Assembly: GCA_017510525.1 (NCBI GenBank)
Contig: JAFWNC010000008.1
Coordinates: 11,119-75,118 of the forward strand
Length of the DNA: 64,000 nt
Direction: 5' to 3'
DNA from: Clostridia bacterium
Lineage (GTDB): Bacteria; Bacillota; Clostridia; TANB77; CAG-508
Part shown: positions 38,401 to 49,300 of the stretch, in pieces
How the letters are laid out: every line of letters begins with the position of its first letter
Position numbering within the stretch: the stretch's first letter is position 1
Program-made: the position numbers and the translations under genes
Notes under the pieces: model-generated
What the model was told of the DNA's origin: nothing
The model's input: only the letters and a program-made list of their open reading frames with translations
Databases searched by the model: none

Positions 38401-40351
38401 AAATATAGCAGGAAATGGGGCTTCATCAGGAACAGAAAATAATGAATCATCAGATGAAATAACAAATATATTAGAAGATGTTATTTATGAAAGACCAAGA
38501 TATGAAGCACCAATTGATGCAGATCCAATACAAATACAATTTGAAAACGAAAGTGAAAGCTCGGTAATAATTAAAGGTGGAACAATTGAATATAATGTTT
38601 CAGTTAGAAATATGAAAACAAATCCAATAGAAGATGTTGGTGTAACAATAACTCTTCCACAGGGTTTAACATATATTGACTCAAATTCTAAAAATGAAAA
38701 TGATATAAATACAAATGGAAGTTATAATACATCAAACAGAACAGTAAGTTTCAATTTTAATTCAATAGATAAATATGAATATATAACATTGAAATTTAGT
38801 GTAGATAGTGAAATATCTGCAAATGAAGTTCAGATAACAACAAATGTACAATCTGATGATATTGATAAAGAATATAATAATACTAAACAATATACTGTTA
38901 AACAAGGAGAATTTGAAGCAAGTTATAGTAATTTGTCAGGAAATAATTATATTAAATCAGGTGAAGAAATAAAATATAAATTAACTCTTGTAAATGTATC
39001 AGGTGAAACTGTATCAGATATTACAGTTGAATCAGACTTCCCAGACGAATTAAGCTTACAAAGCGTTGAATTTGTAAAAGGTGATTATAAAACAGAAGGA
39101 TATATAACAAATAATTCATTTGTTATATCACAATATTTATTACCTAATGAATCTTTTGAAATTATTATAACAGCTGAAGCTGGAAATATAAGTGCTTCAG
39201 AAAAACAAGTAAGTAATTATTTAACAGTTACAACAGATAAGAAAACATATAGAACAGAATCTGTTGAAACTATAATTCAACAATCATCTGAAACATCAAA
39301 TGGATCAGAAGGTGGTTCAGATTATAGAGAAAATAGTAATGGCGGTATTAATATAGATACAGCTGGAGAGTATAAAATAACAGGAACAGCTTGGATTGAC
39401 AAAAATATGAATGGTTCAAGAGATTCAAGTGAAAAAGGTTTAGAAGGGATAGTAGTAAAATTATTTAATGCAAATACAAATCAATTAGTAGATAAAACAA
39501 CAACAGATGGAGCTGGAGGCTATATCTTTACAGGTTTATCACAGGGTAATTATTATATTATATTTGAATATGATGGAGAAACATATTCTTTAACAGATTA
39601 CCAAAAATCTGGAGTATCTGGTGACAAAAATTCAGATGCAATTTTATCAAATGGAGAAACTAGAACAGATACTATAGTAATAAATGATAGAAGTATTAGT
39701 AATATTGATATAGGACTAATTCAAGGAAATGTATTTGATCTAACATTAGAAAAAACAGTATCTAAAATAACTGTTCAAAATGATAATGGAACAAAGGTTA
39801 TTGATGGTAATGATTCATCACTTGCAAAAGTTGAAATAAAAGCAAAAGATTTGGCATCTTCAACTGTATATATTGAATATAAAATAAAAGTTACAAATAA
39901 TGGACAAATTCCAGGAATAGTTCAAAAAATTGTTGATTATCTTCCTAAAGATACTAATTTAAATACTGAGATAAATCCAAATTGGTATATTGGAAATGAT
40001 GGATATGCTTATAATGAACAACTTTCAGGAACTGTAATTAATCCTAAAGAAACAAAGGAAATAAGTTTAATAATATCAAAAGATATAACCGAAAATAATA
40101 CTGGATTAACTTCAAATAAAGCTGAAATAGCATTAGCATCAAATGAGTTAGGAATACAAGATATAGATTCATCTCCAGGAAATTCAAATTCTACAGAAGA
40201 TGATATGGGACAAGCAGATGTAATCATCTCAATAAGCACTGGTGGAGGGCTAATAAGCGCTTCAATCCTTATTACGGTTCTGATTAATCTATTACTCATT
40301 GGCTATGTAATAAAAAGAAAAATTGATAGAGATAGAGAGGTGATATTATAA
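35483..40351 (+). CDS. giant secreted surface protein A (1622 aa)
   Basis: Signal peptide, acidic low-complexity stretch, DUF11-type repeats (TLVNVSGETVSDITVESDFPDELS), a CnaB/SdrD-B-like domain (ITGTAWIDKNMNGSRD...GNYYIIFEYDGETY). C-terminus ...DIDSSPGNSNSTEDDMGQADVIISISTGGG, then a TM segment, then KRKIDRDRE. Confidence 0.8.
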   Translation: MQKNRSIREKITASVLVICLLMSYLATFSSIYVTYASDEKAEVVFKAEIVDLNSENSNEQSENNENTEETENNEELENQVETEEQDENSSNQEAEVNLQTNTPESEEKPGSRFVLKIKVGVKNNGYLKNGKIEISDLENQIFSISEFSNPIVQSISDGVIKLKTIDAKEEYEIEIPLELKKNADVSANSIENGTKIKLTGIYVDEQAVEEKVEREQTVFVEVENERKIEIGSNIEKFIKYTQDSKEYALIQVKVEIQDTAENLILPVKSTDLAIKLPEITVEEGKEKPEIEKVLVVAKNTGFTNGKLGSDVKFTEDNYSVNNDGKLNIHVENKAEDGKYKQTNGKDEYLIELTYNNAENIQTQSAKGKIEATISLFDKKSTKDVNSVLEQEYKFDEASTNKVTYDVRTLTEKISKGNIYANINKEDNYYETEYKNEVSFNISRANSIKTIEIREYDESYYIEDGSKYSTKTDVGLDTYYKTSTFNKENLVNIIGENGSLEILNEEGDSLITINKDTQANEEGNIVYPYNNKIEKIVVRVNNPEKEGILNIQNTKAIEKSNYTKESLVQFKGIANSYNAAALYDEDIKSELGIKEIKTEMVGTKTRADMEISRGTLSTIVKNEDVEFDICLNNSKDSSDMYINPEFEITLPAGVTTATIKDINVLYGNNELIKSEESRTGLNDNNQVVIYVKLDGVQKNYSIGDTERGTTIVVKTDIELDRYLSNREAPVELRYRNENATEYGSEVVDGVAKETLNFKFQGGFGVVASQRISGYNADNYVMSMNQGEQIASISDVETSKQAEMEIALINNNEEIMENPIILGRIPFDGVTSISSSESLGANVNTKMTSGIEKIVGKDVKVYYSENGEATKELDKAENGWREDIGDLQKVKSYLIVVDGNIEIGESLALKYGFEIPENLGKNASIFGTFGVYYDTEIGTKLVEANKVGLETEKEEIQESEETVSLFSVRAVRYGTNIAGNGASSGTENNESSDEITNILEDVIYERPRYEAPIDADPIQIQFENESESSVIIKGGTIEYNVSVRNMKTNPIEDVGVTITLPQGLTYIDSNSKNENDINTNGSYNTSNRTVSFNFNSIDKYEYITLKFSVDSEISANEVQITTNVQSDDIDKEYNNTKQYTVKQGEFEASYSNLSGNNYIKSGEEIKYKLTLVNVSGETVSDITVESDFPDELSLQSVEFVKGDYKTEGYITNNSFVISQYLLPNESFEIIITAEAGNISASEKQVSNYLTVTTDKKTYRTESVETIIQQSSETSNGSEGGSDYRENSNGGINIDTAGEYKITGTAWIDKNMNGSRDSSEKGLEGIVVKLFNANTNQLVDKTTTDGAGGYIFTGLSQGNYYIIFEYDGETYSLTDYQKSGVSGDKNSDAILSNGETRTDTIVINDRSISNIDIGLIQGNVFDLTLEKTVSKITVQNDNGTKVIDGNDSSLAKVEIKAKDLASSTVYIEYKIKVTNNGQIPGIVQKIVDYLPKDTNLNTEINPNWYIGNDGYAYNEQLSGTVINPKETKEISLIISKDITENNTGLTSNKAEIALASNELGIQDIDSSPGNSNSTEDDMGQADVIISISTGGGLISASILITVLINLLLIGYVIKRKIDRDREVIL

Positions 40352-43300
40352 TGAATAGTAAAAGAATTGCAAGTTTATTAATCATAATAATCTTATTCAT
40401 GTTAATGTTACCTGAAATAACTATCGCAGCTGAAAATACAGGAAGTTGGGTTGATTTGATAGATGATGATGATAATGAAACAGTATATAGTTTTATAGAT
40501 TATTCAAAATCATGTGGATTTAGAGCATATGATACATATAATGGTAATACTTCGTTTTATAATTTTATACCAAATTATGTTCCAGCTGGTGTATACAGTG
40601 ATAATAGTTATAAGCCATTTTATAGACTTTTATCTTCTTCTAAGATAGGTACTAATGGAAGACCTTTTAGCAGAAAAACATATGTAAAAAATGATAGTGT
40701 AAATAAACCAAGTTTTACAGAAAGGTATATTATTTATAAAGCAAATGAAAGTAAAAATGAAAGCGGTGAAAAAAATAGGAGAACTAGCTATTTAGCTGCG
40801 CAAAATGCATGGTTTAAACTAAAAGGTAATAAAATAAAATTAGATGATGAAGCACAGGATATTTTAGATGAAGCTTTTGAGTATAATACATGGGCTAAAT
40901 CTGTTGAAAGTGAATTAAAAGCTACAACTGGAAAAACAATAGATAATGCAACTGATGAAGAATTAAATGAAGCTTTAGGTGACGATTTTTATTTTGATGC
41001 ATCAAATAGTACTATATCTGTTGTGAATGATGATGATGGAAAAGGAGATTATATTCTCGTATCAAACATAAAAACAAATGGAAGAGATTCGTTTACACAT
41101 AAATCAAAGAAAAATGATCCTGATGATTGTACATTTAGTTTAAGTCCTAGAATTACTAATATAAAAATAACATTTTATAAGAATAATAATAAGAATGATA
41201 CTATGTCTCCTATAGAAGGAAAATATAAGAAAGGAGCTACAAAGTGTAGTTCTGATGGAGAAGTAACAGGTCTATTCTATGAAGGAGGTACAGATACAGG
41301 TATTACTTTAGAATTTCAAGAAATAGAAGACCATATAAGTAAATCTCAGACACGTTGTCAAACAACTTCAACTGCAATTTGTGAAATAAGTGGAAAAAAC
41401 CATTTCATTTTACAAGAAGATTCAAATGATAAGGGACCAGGTTATTATCCTTTTCCATTTGCAAAAGAGAAATTCAATTTAAAAATACCAGCTGATTTTA
41501 TAAAAGAGAATAATATTACTGGAATAAGTGAAATTAATATTGGAGTAAAAACGGAAAAAAGAGAAGTTGGATTGTTAAAGGTAAAATATGATGAAATAGT
41601 TTTAGATGATAAAAATAGTAGCATTAACAATAAAAATGATGGAACTGGTCTAAAAAGAAGTCAATTAGACGATTATACATTTATTTCACAAATTACAACA
41701 AATTCAGCTCTTGGGCTAGAAACGGAAACACCAAATGTAATAACAACAAATACATTGCTTGCAATGCCTGAAAAAACGTTAGATGAATATGAACAAATTG
41801 CAAAAATAGACCAACCAATTTTATTAGCAGATGCTTCAAATACATCATCACAAACTTCAGAAACAGAAGTTGAAGAAGAAGAATATAAAGTTAAAAAATA
41901 TAACTCAACAAGTTATCGTTTCTTAGAAACTGTAGCTGATCCTGTAGGAACAAATGATATACAAGTATCTAAGTTAAAAACAGAAGATGGATATAAATAT
42001 TACCAATTTACAAAAGGTGATAGCATAGTATATGGAAAACTAGAGGAATCAAGTAAAACAATAAACTTCTATACAAATAACTTAAGATATGGAAGTTCAA
42101 TAGATATAGGAACTTGTTTTGGAATAGGTGCAGGTCAAATGAAACTTACTGGTGATTCAACTTCAACAACACAAACAATACAAGCAACAGAAGGTGTAAA
42201 AGCTGTTACAAATGCTTCAACCAATATACAATTAAGAGTAACAGATTTAAAATTAACAGCAAATAAAAACAAAACAATAATAACAGCTGAATTAGGTGGA
42301 AATGATAAATATTTAGAGATATTTGGAAATAAAGTAACATGGGGCTCTAAAACATATACAGCAACAGTAAGTGGTAAGAAAATGACTATAGAAGTTAATA
42401 CAGAAGATATATTATCATCATCTGATATGAGGCTTGAAGTTGAATATGGAATAATAGATGGAACGCTTAGAAATCAAGGATTCAGGTTTACAGAATATCA
42501 GAAAACAGGACTAAAAAAATACATAACATTATCAGTACCAAATGAATTAGCAAATACACTAGAAAAGAAATTTGCTGCAACCGTAAATGATGATATAGAA
42601 ACAACAATGAGTAAAAGCGTAAATGGAATAAATTATCTAGTTAGAACAAAAGGAAATCAATTAGCATTTTTAAAACCTAGAGAGATTGCTGAAGAAACTG
42701 AATTGAGAACAAGTGAAGATGGAAGTGGTACATCATATATTGCTCAAACAGGAAATGTTTTATTTGGTTTAAGATTTAGTGATTCATCAAGTGGATATTA
42801 TATTTCATCAACAGATTCAATTACTGCAAATAAAAGTTTATCTGTTTTTGAAACAATTAAATTTGAAAACAAAGGATATAATTTAAAATTATCATCTCAG
42901 GATTTAACTCAAAACCCTGTTCTTGACATTGAATTAAGGTATACTGTAAAAGATTCAAACGATTCATCAGTATCAGCAAATATAGTTCAATATATACGAA
43001 TAGAAACAACAGGAAAATACACTGAAGTTCCAACAGAAGAGAGCGTTTTAGGAAAAGGAACAATTGCCGGAAACTTACAAACTTTAGTAGATGGTTCACT
43101 AACATATAAAGAAGTATTAGAAGAATCATTATTATTAAATACTCAATTAACATCATTATTTACTGGATGGGCAAATTTAATTAATAGTTCAGATTATCAA
43201 GAATATACACAAGAAAATTCAGTAAGAACAAATACAATAAACAGTGAAGAAGATGGAAATCCTGCTTTAAAAGTATTTACAACAGATGGACTTTTAACAG

Positions 43301-46300
43301 GTGGAATTAGACCTGAAGTTGCTGGTGTAGAGTGGGATGGTAATGATTTAGTAGTAACAATGAAATCAACAACTGCAAGTATTTCAAGTATACACTTAGC
43401 TTCTTATAATTATAAAGAAGGTTGGATACAAGATAATGTTTCTAGTGGAAAAGCACCAACTATCTATTATCAACAATCACAATTAAGCGTATCAAACAAT
43501 AGAATAACTATACCAAATGCAAAAAATCTATTAGATAATATATATACTAATTTTTATATATTAGTAAGAGATACTGCTGGGGAAAATGCTGTTTTAAATA
43601 TACAAGCTATACGTAATGATAATGGAAAAACATATGTTGTAGAAGATAATTATTATAGAATATTAGGTACAACACATTTTGCAGATGACAAAATTAATTT
43701 TACAAATGAAAAATTCTATACAGAATATAATGATGGAAGTAAAGATAAAATTACATTTAATATTCCATTTACATTTAGAAATGGGTCAAGTGATTATTGT
43801 TTAGATTTTTATGATGACAATAAAGCTAAAGAAGCAACTGGTTCTGTAATAGATAATAATGTTGCTAAAATAACATTTGATAAAAGATTGATACAATCAT
43901 TAGGAGAAGGTCGCTCGCTACAAATAAATGCAACTGTAAAAGATGACCATAATAATGATGTAACAGTTACAATAGAATTAAAAATAATGTATAAGGGACA
44001 AATACTAACACAAGGAAATAATTATAAAGATGTTATTGGAAATTATATTGTAACAGTAGAAAGTCCAGTATATGACCTAGATATATCTATTGACAAATCT
44101 GCATTTTTCGTTGATAAAACAAGAAAAGACCATAGTGTTGAAGGTTCTGTTAATGCAAATACTTATCATGATTTTCAATTATTAGTTCAAAATATACCAG
44201 AAGGATATACTTTAGATAGCGTTAATTCAGGAGCTTATGGTGATTTATTTGGTACGCCTAATTATGATATTTATGATAAAGATTTAGTTGTTACCCAATA
44301 TGAATCAAAGATACTTGATGCAGTTGCAGGATTTACTCAAAAATATTTTGGAGATTTCCAATTTGAAGAAAGAGTAAATAAGAAAGTCTTAGAAGTACAA
44401 AATGGTTTGCCTAAATATGGATTAGTTCAAGATAATGCATCAGTTAGACATTATATTCTTTTCAAAAATGCGAGTGGAGATGTAATTACTTTAACTGTTA
44501 AAATTGAGAAAATTGCAAGTGTTGTTGTTAATAGAACATTAGAAAAAGGCGTAAATGTAAATAATTTATATATAGAAGGACCTTATGATGATAATATGAG
44601 TTCTCTTAAAGATGCAGTAATAAATGCAAAAAATAACAATGATAGTATACAAATTACTGAAACAGCAGATACATATAATAATAAAGATATGGAAGTATAT
44701 TTCAATACAGGAGAGAATGTAAATCAGAAAGATGCTTGGACCTTACAATATGAATTGTTAAATGATTATCAAGATGGTGGAGATATATCTTTAAATAATG
44801 AGTCTATTCAGGTAATTAGAGTAGAACAAAGAGGCTATTTAAATCAAGGATATAATCATTATGCAAATATAGAACTTTATTTTGAAGATGCTATCAGTTA
44901 TGAAATAAACTATAGATATAGAATTAATGAAAGTGGTTATGGTGGAGATGGATATGCTGGGCAAATGCTTTCAATTGTAGGCGATGCTGATGAAAACGGA
45001 ATTATATATACATCAAATCTTGGTAACTCAGCTAATAATGAATATATAGAAGGTAATAAAGCAATTTTCAGAGTAAATAGAAATGGATTTTCATGTATAA
45101 CAGTAAGATTTAGTGACTATTCAATACAAAACATATTTGTTTATGCACCTACATTGTTTATAGGAGAAGTTTTAAACAAAGCAGGAGAAAATCTAATCGA
45201 AGATTTACCTTCAATAAGAGACGAAGGACTATTAAATAGAGGTGCTCAGTTCTATGTAGACTTAGAAAAAGGTGATGATAAAACATTAGTATTTTATAAT
45301 ATAACTGGTGAGGTTGGCTTAGGAGATACACTTGGAGTTCCAGCTATAAAAAATGGAGCGAGAACAGTTGCATGGTATGGAGAAAGTCAAACTAATGATG
45401 GATTAGAATGGATTACAACAAAGGATATGTGGGAAAATTATGGAGCAAATTCAACACTTATAAGAAAAGAATCGAATGGAAGCGGAAAAGAAACATATAC
45501 AGTTGATTTAGGAGATATAGAAGGATTTGCTTTAGACCCTGATAATATAAAAGAATATTCAGATGAATCTGAAAATAATCCTAATATTATACCTTCAAAT
45601 TACTATTATAATGTTGATACAGATACTTATGAATTACGTTGGTCTTTTAGATCAACTGACTTACATCATGATGGAAAAGCTATAAATAAATTTGATACAA
45701 CCCTATTTACAATAATATTTAGAGGAAATCCTTCACCAACACCAGGTGAAGATCCAGAACTTGTATATGCAAAAGAAATTCAAGAATTTAGAAAAAATGA
45801 TGAAGATACACCAGATTCTAGAAAAGTAACACCTCCAGAAGAAGGTTGGGACTTTACAATGGAAGTTGGAGGAGAAGTTTGGGTAGATAGTCCAGACACA
45901 GATAAAGGTGTAAATACTAAATATGGATTAAGGGATGAAAATGATAGCAGAATAACTCAAGATATGACTGTACACTTAGAGGAATATGAAGGAACGAGAT
46001 TAATTAATACGATAGATAAAACAATAAAAGCAGGGGAAAGTAGCTATATTTTTGAAGGGATATTACCTCCACTTGCATCAGCGGGACAAGATAGACATTA
46101 TTATAATATAAGATTTGAATATGATGGTCAAAAATATGAACCAACAGAGTTTTTATCAACATCAAGTGTTGACATAGATAATGGTATTGATAGTACAAAT
46201 GGAAATGTTAATAGTATAAAACAATATAGAATTAATGATATGATTAATAACTTGTCAAAATATAAAGAAAATACATGTTCATGGGTAACAGAAAGTGAGA

Positions 46301-49300
46301 CAACAAGAAAAGATTTTGATAGTAGATTATCTACAATAGATAATAAAAATGGACAAGTTGATTATAAGAATAATCCAAATTATGACGAAAAAATCAGTGC
46401 TTCAACGCTTGATGCAGGGTATACAATACCAGTTGGACTTGAAGATTATCATCTAAAAAATAGAGATACATCAATTCAAGTAAAAAGAACAAAAATACAG
46501 CCAGATACACACTACACAATAAAAGGATATAGTAAATCTATAAACTTAGGTTTAGTCGAAAGAGATGAGTCAGATATAGCTGTAATTCAAGACTTGTATT
46601 ATGCTAAAACAGTTGTAAAACACTATGAACAAACATATAAATATAATGCATTTAAAGTTAATAATCAAGATATTAATTACACAGTAAAAGGCCAGGATTA
46701 TAAACTTGGATTATATTCATCAGACTTTATTTATAATTCAGGAATTTATGAAGATACAGCAGTTGATACATTCATGAGTGCTACAGAACTTAGACTATTC
46801 TTAACATATAGAATTAATGTAATTAATGAGTCTCCAAATGTAACAACAGTAGTAGGACAATTGGCTGATTACTATGATGATTCATTTACATTAATTACGG
46901 ATGAAGTAAAACCTGGAATTATAGAAGAGGGTGTAGCTAATAATACAATAAATAATAATAAAGTAGTTGCTTATCCAAGTTTCTATAGAAAAATAGATTC
47001 AGGACAAAACGGAGTATATAATTTTGATGCTGTTGCAGATGGATATGGAAATAATAATAGTGTTACATGGACAGATACAGCTGAAAAAGGTAAGAAGATA
47101 TGTAATATTAATCAATCTATGGAACCAGGTGAAAAAATAGAGCTATTTGTAACATTCGAAGTTGACCAAGAAACAGCTCAAAATGCTATACGTGAAAGCA
47201 TGAAAACAGCATATGAAAACCTAGGAGATGATGCAACACAAGATGAATATGTTAAAGCTGTTGCAAATGAAGTTAGAACAAAGCTTATGGGTGAACAACA
47301 TAACTATATAGAATTAAACAATTATTCAACAAAATATAGAAGAAGAATGAATAATACTTCTGCATATTCTGTAGATTCAAATTCAGGAAAAATAGATAGA
47401 GACTCATGCCCAGGAAATATGGTAATTGGTTCTCTAAAAGAAGATGATGAATGTCAAGCACCAACACTAAATGTATTTGTAGAAGGAAGTCATATAAGAG
47501 AAATATCAGGTGTAGTTTGGGATGACTCAGATAAAGATAAAACAGATGGTCAATATATAGATGGAGAAACAAGTATTTCAAATATTCCAGTATCATTAAT
47601 AGAAAAGATAAAAGATCCTGATAATGGTATTGAATATGAATTTGTACATAAAGGAAAATATGATGGAGATACAGATACATTCAATATTAAAGCAGGTACA
47701 AATCAAGGTGATTCATATACATTATCATCAGAAGATGGCTATAAAATAAAAGGAATGGCACCAGGTATTTATTCATTAAGATTTGAATATGGTGCAAATG
47801 ATGATATGATTAATAATTCAAAGTTCACAGATATTAATTATAAATATAATGGACAAGATTATAAAAATACAAAAGTAAGTCAAAACTTAGATGAAGAGTG
47901 GATGGATGTATCTGAGAATTCTTCTAATAGACTTTCAGATGCAGTAGACTATATTCCAGCAAGATTAAGAAATATAGCATATTCAAGAACAATATCAGCT
48001 GAAAATGGCTCAGTTTTAGCTTCAAAATCGCAAGAAAAATTACAAAACACATACATGAGAGCTGATTCATATAAAATGAAATTAATACCAGAAATCAAAG
48101 AAACTGAAGAAGGAACTCTTGAATATACATTGCCTTACGATGTTAAAGATGTTGATTTTGGTTTAGAGAAAAGACCAGAAACGAAACTATATCTTGACAA
48201 GAAATTAACTGAAATTACTCTAACAAAATCAGATGGAACTGAAGCTATATTTAACGCAAAATTTGACTATGAATATGATACAGAAAATAATAAATATAAA
48301 TTAACAGGAATGGATATTGAAAATGGAATTAATCTCGATAAATTAACATCAGTTGTTGAGGATGGTAACCAACAAGGATTCCGCTATATTCAAATGGAAG
48401 ATAGTTATTTATCAAATTTAAGTATTAACTTAAAATATGATATCTATGTAACAAACATTTCTGAAGAAGATTATATAAGAAATACTGTTGCAGATATGAA
48501 AACACCAGATGCGTTATATAGAGCTGCAAGTGAATTAGAACAAAGTGGTTCATATCAAAGAGGTTATTTATGTGATGAAAACAATATTCTAGGAGGATAT
48601 TACTTTAAACATGAACGTTTTGGTTGGGATGATCCTGTTACTACAACAGTAGACCAAGTAGTTGATTATATTGATAATGATATAGGTCTAGATATTGAAG
48701 AAAATACAAATGTTGAAAACCATGCATGGAAATTTGCAGAAATATATGATGGAAAAACAGTTAAAAATAGCTTAGCAGGATTAATTACAAATGATTCATA
48801 TAATGGAGAAGAATTAACAGACAATGGATCAGGAAATTCAGGAAAAGGTGTAAGCTATTTTGGAACAGGTAAATCAAATATTGCATTATCTGTAAACAGC
48901 AATATAAAAACAAGTCAATCTGGAGACGAGCCAGAAAAAGAAACATACTATTCACATATGAAGAGAACAGATGCTAAAGTCAAAGATGATAAAATATATG
49001 ATGAAGGGCAAATAACTCTATCTGCAACTCAAGCAAGATATAAGGGAAATGATACACAAGATAAGTATAATCCAGATTTAACTAAAGAATTAAAACCAAA
49101 TGATACAGCAAAGATTGGAATTTCAACATCGAAAACAATAAGTAGTGGAACAGATTCAGACAACTTGAAATTTGATAACTTAGCTGAAATATTAGTATAT
49201 TCAAATACTGTAGGTAGAAAAGATATGGATGCTATTCCAGGAAATGCAAATAAGATTGCAAAATCAAGTGGTGCATGGGCAGCTGGACGTTCAGGAGGAG

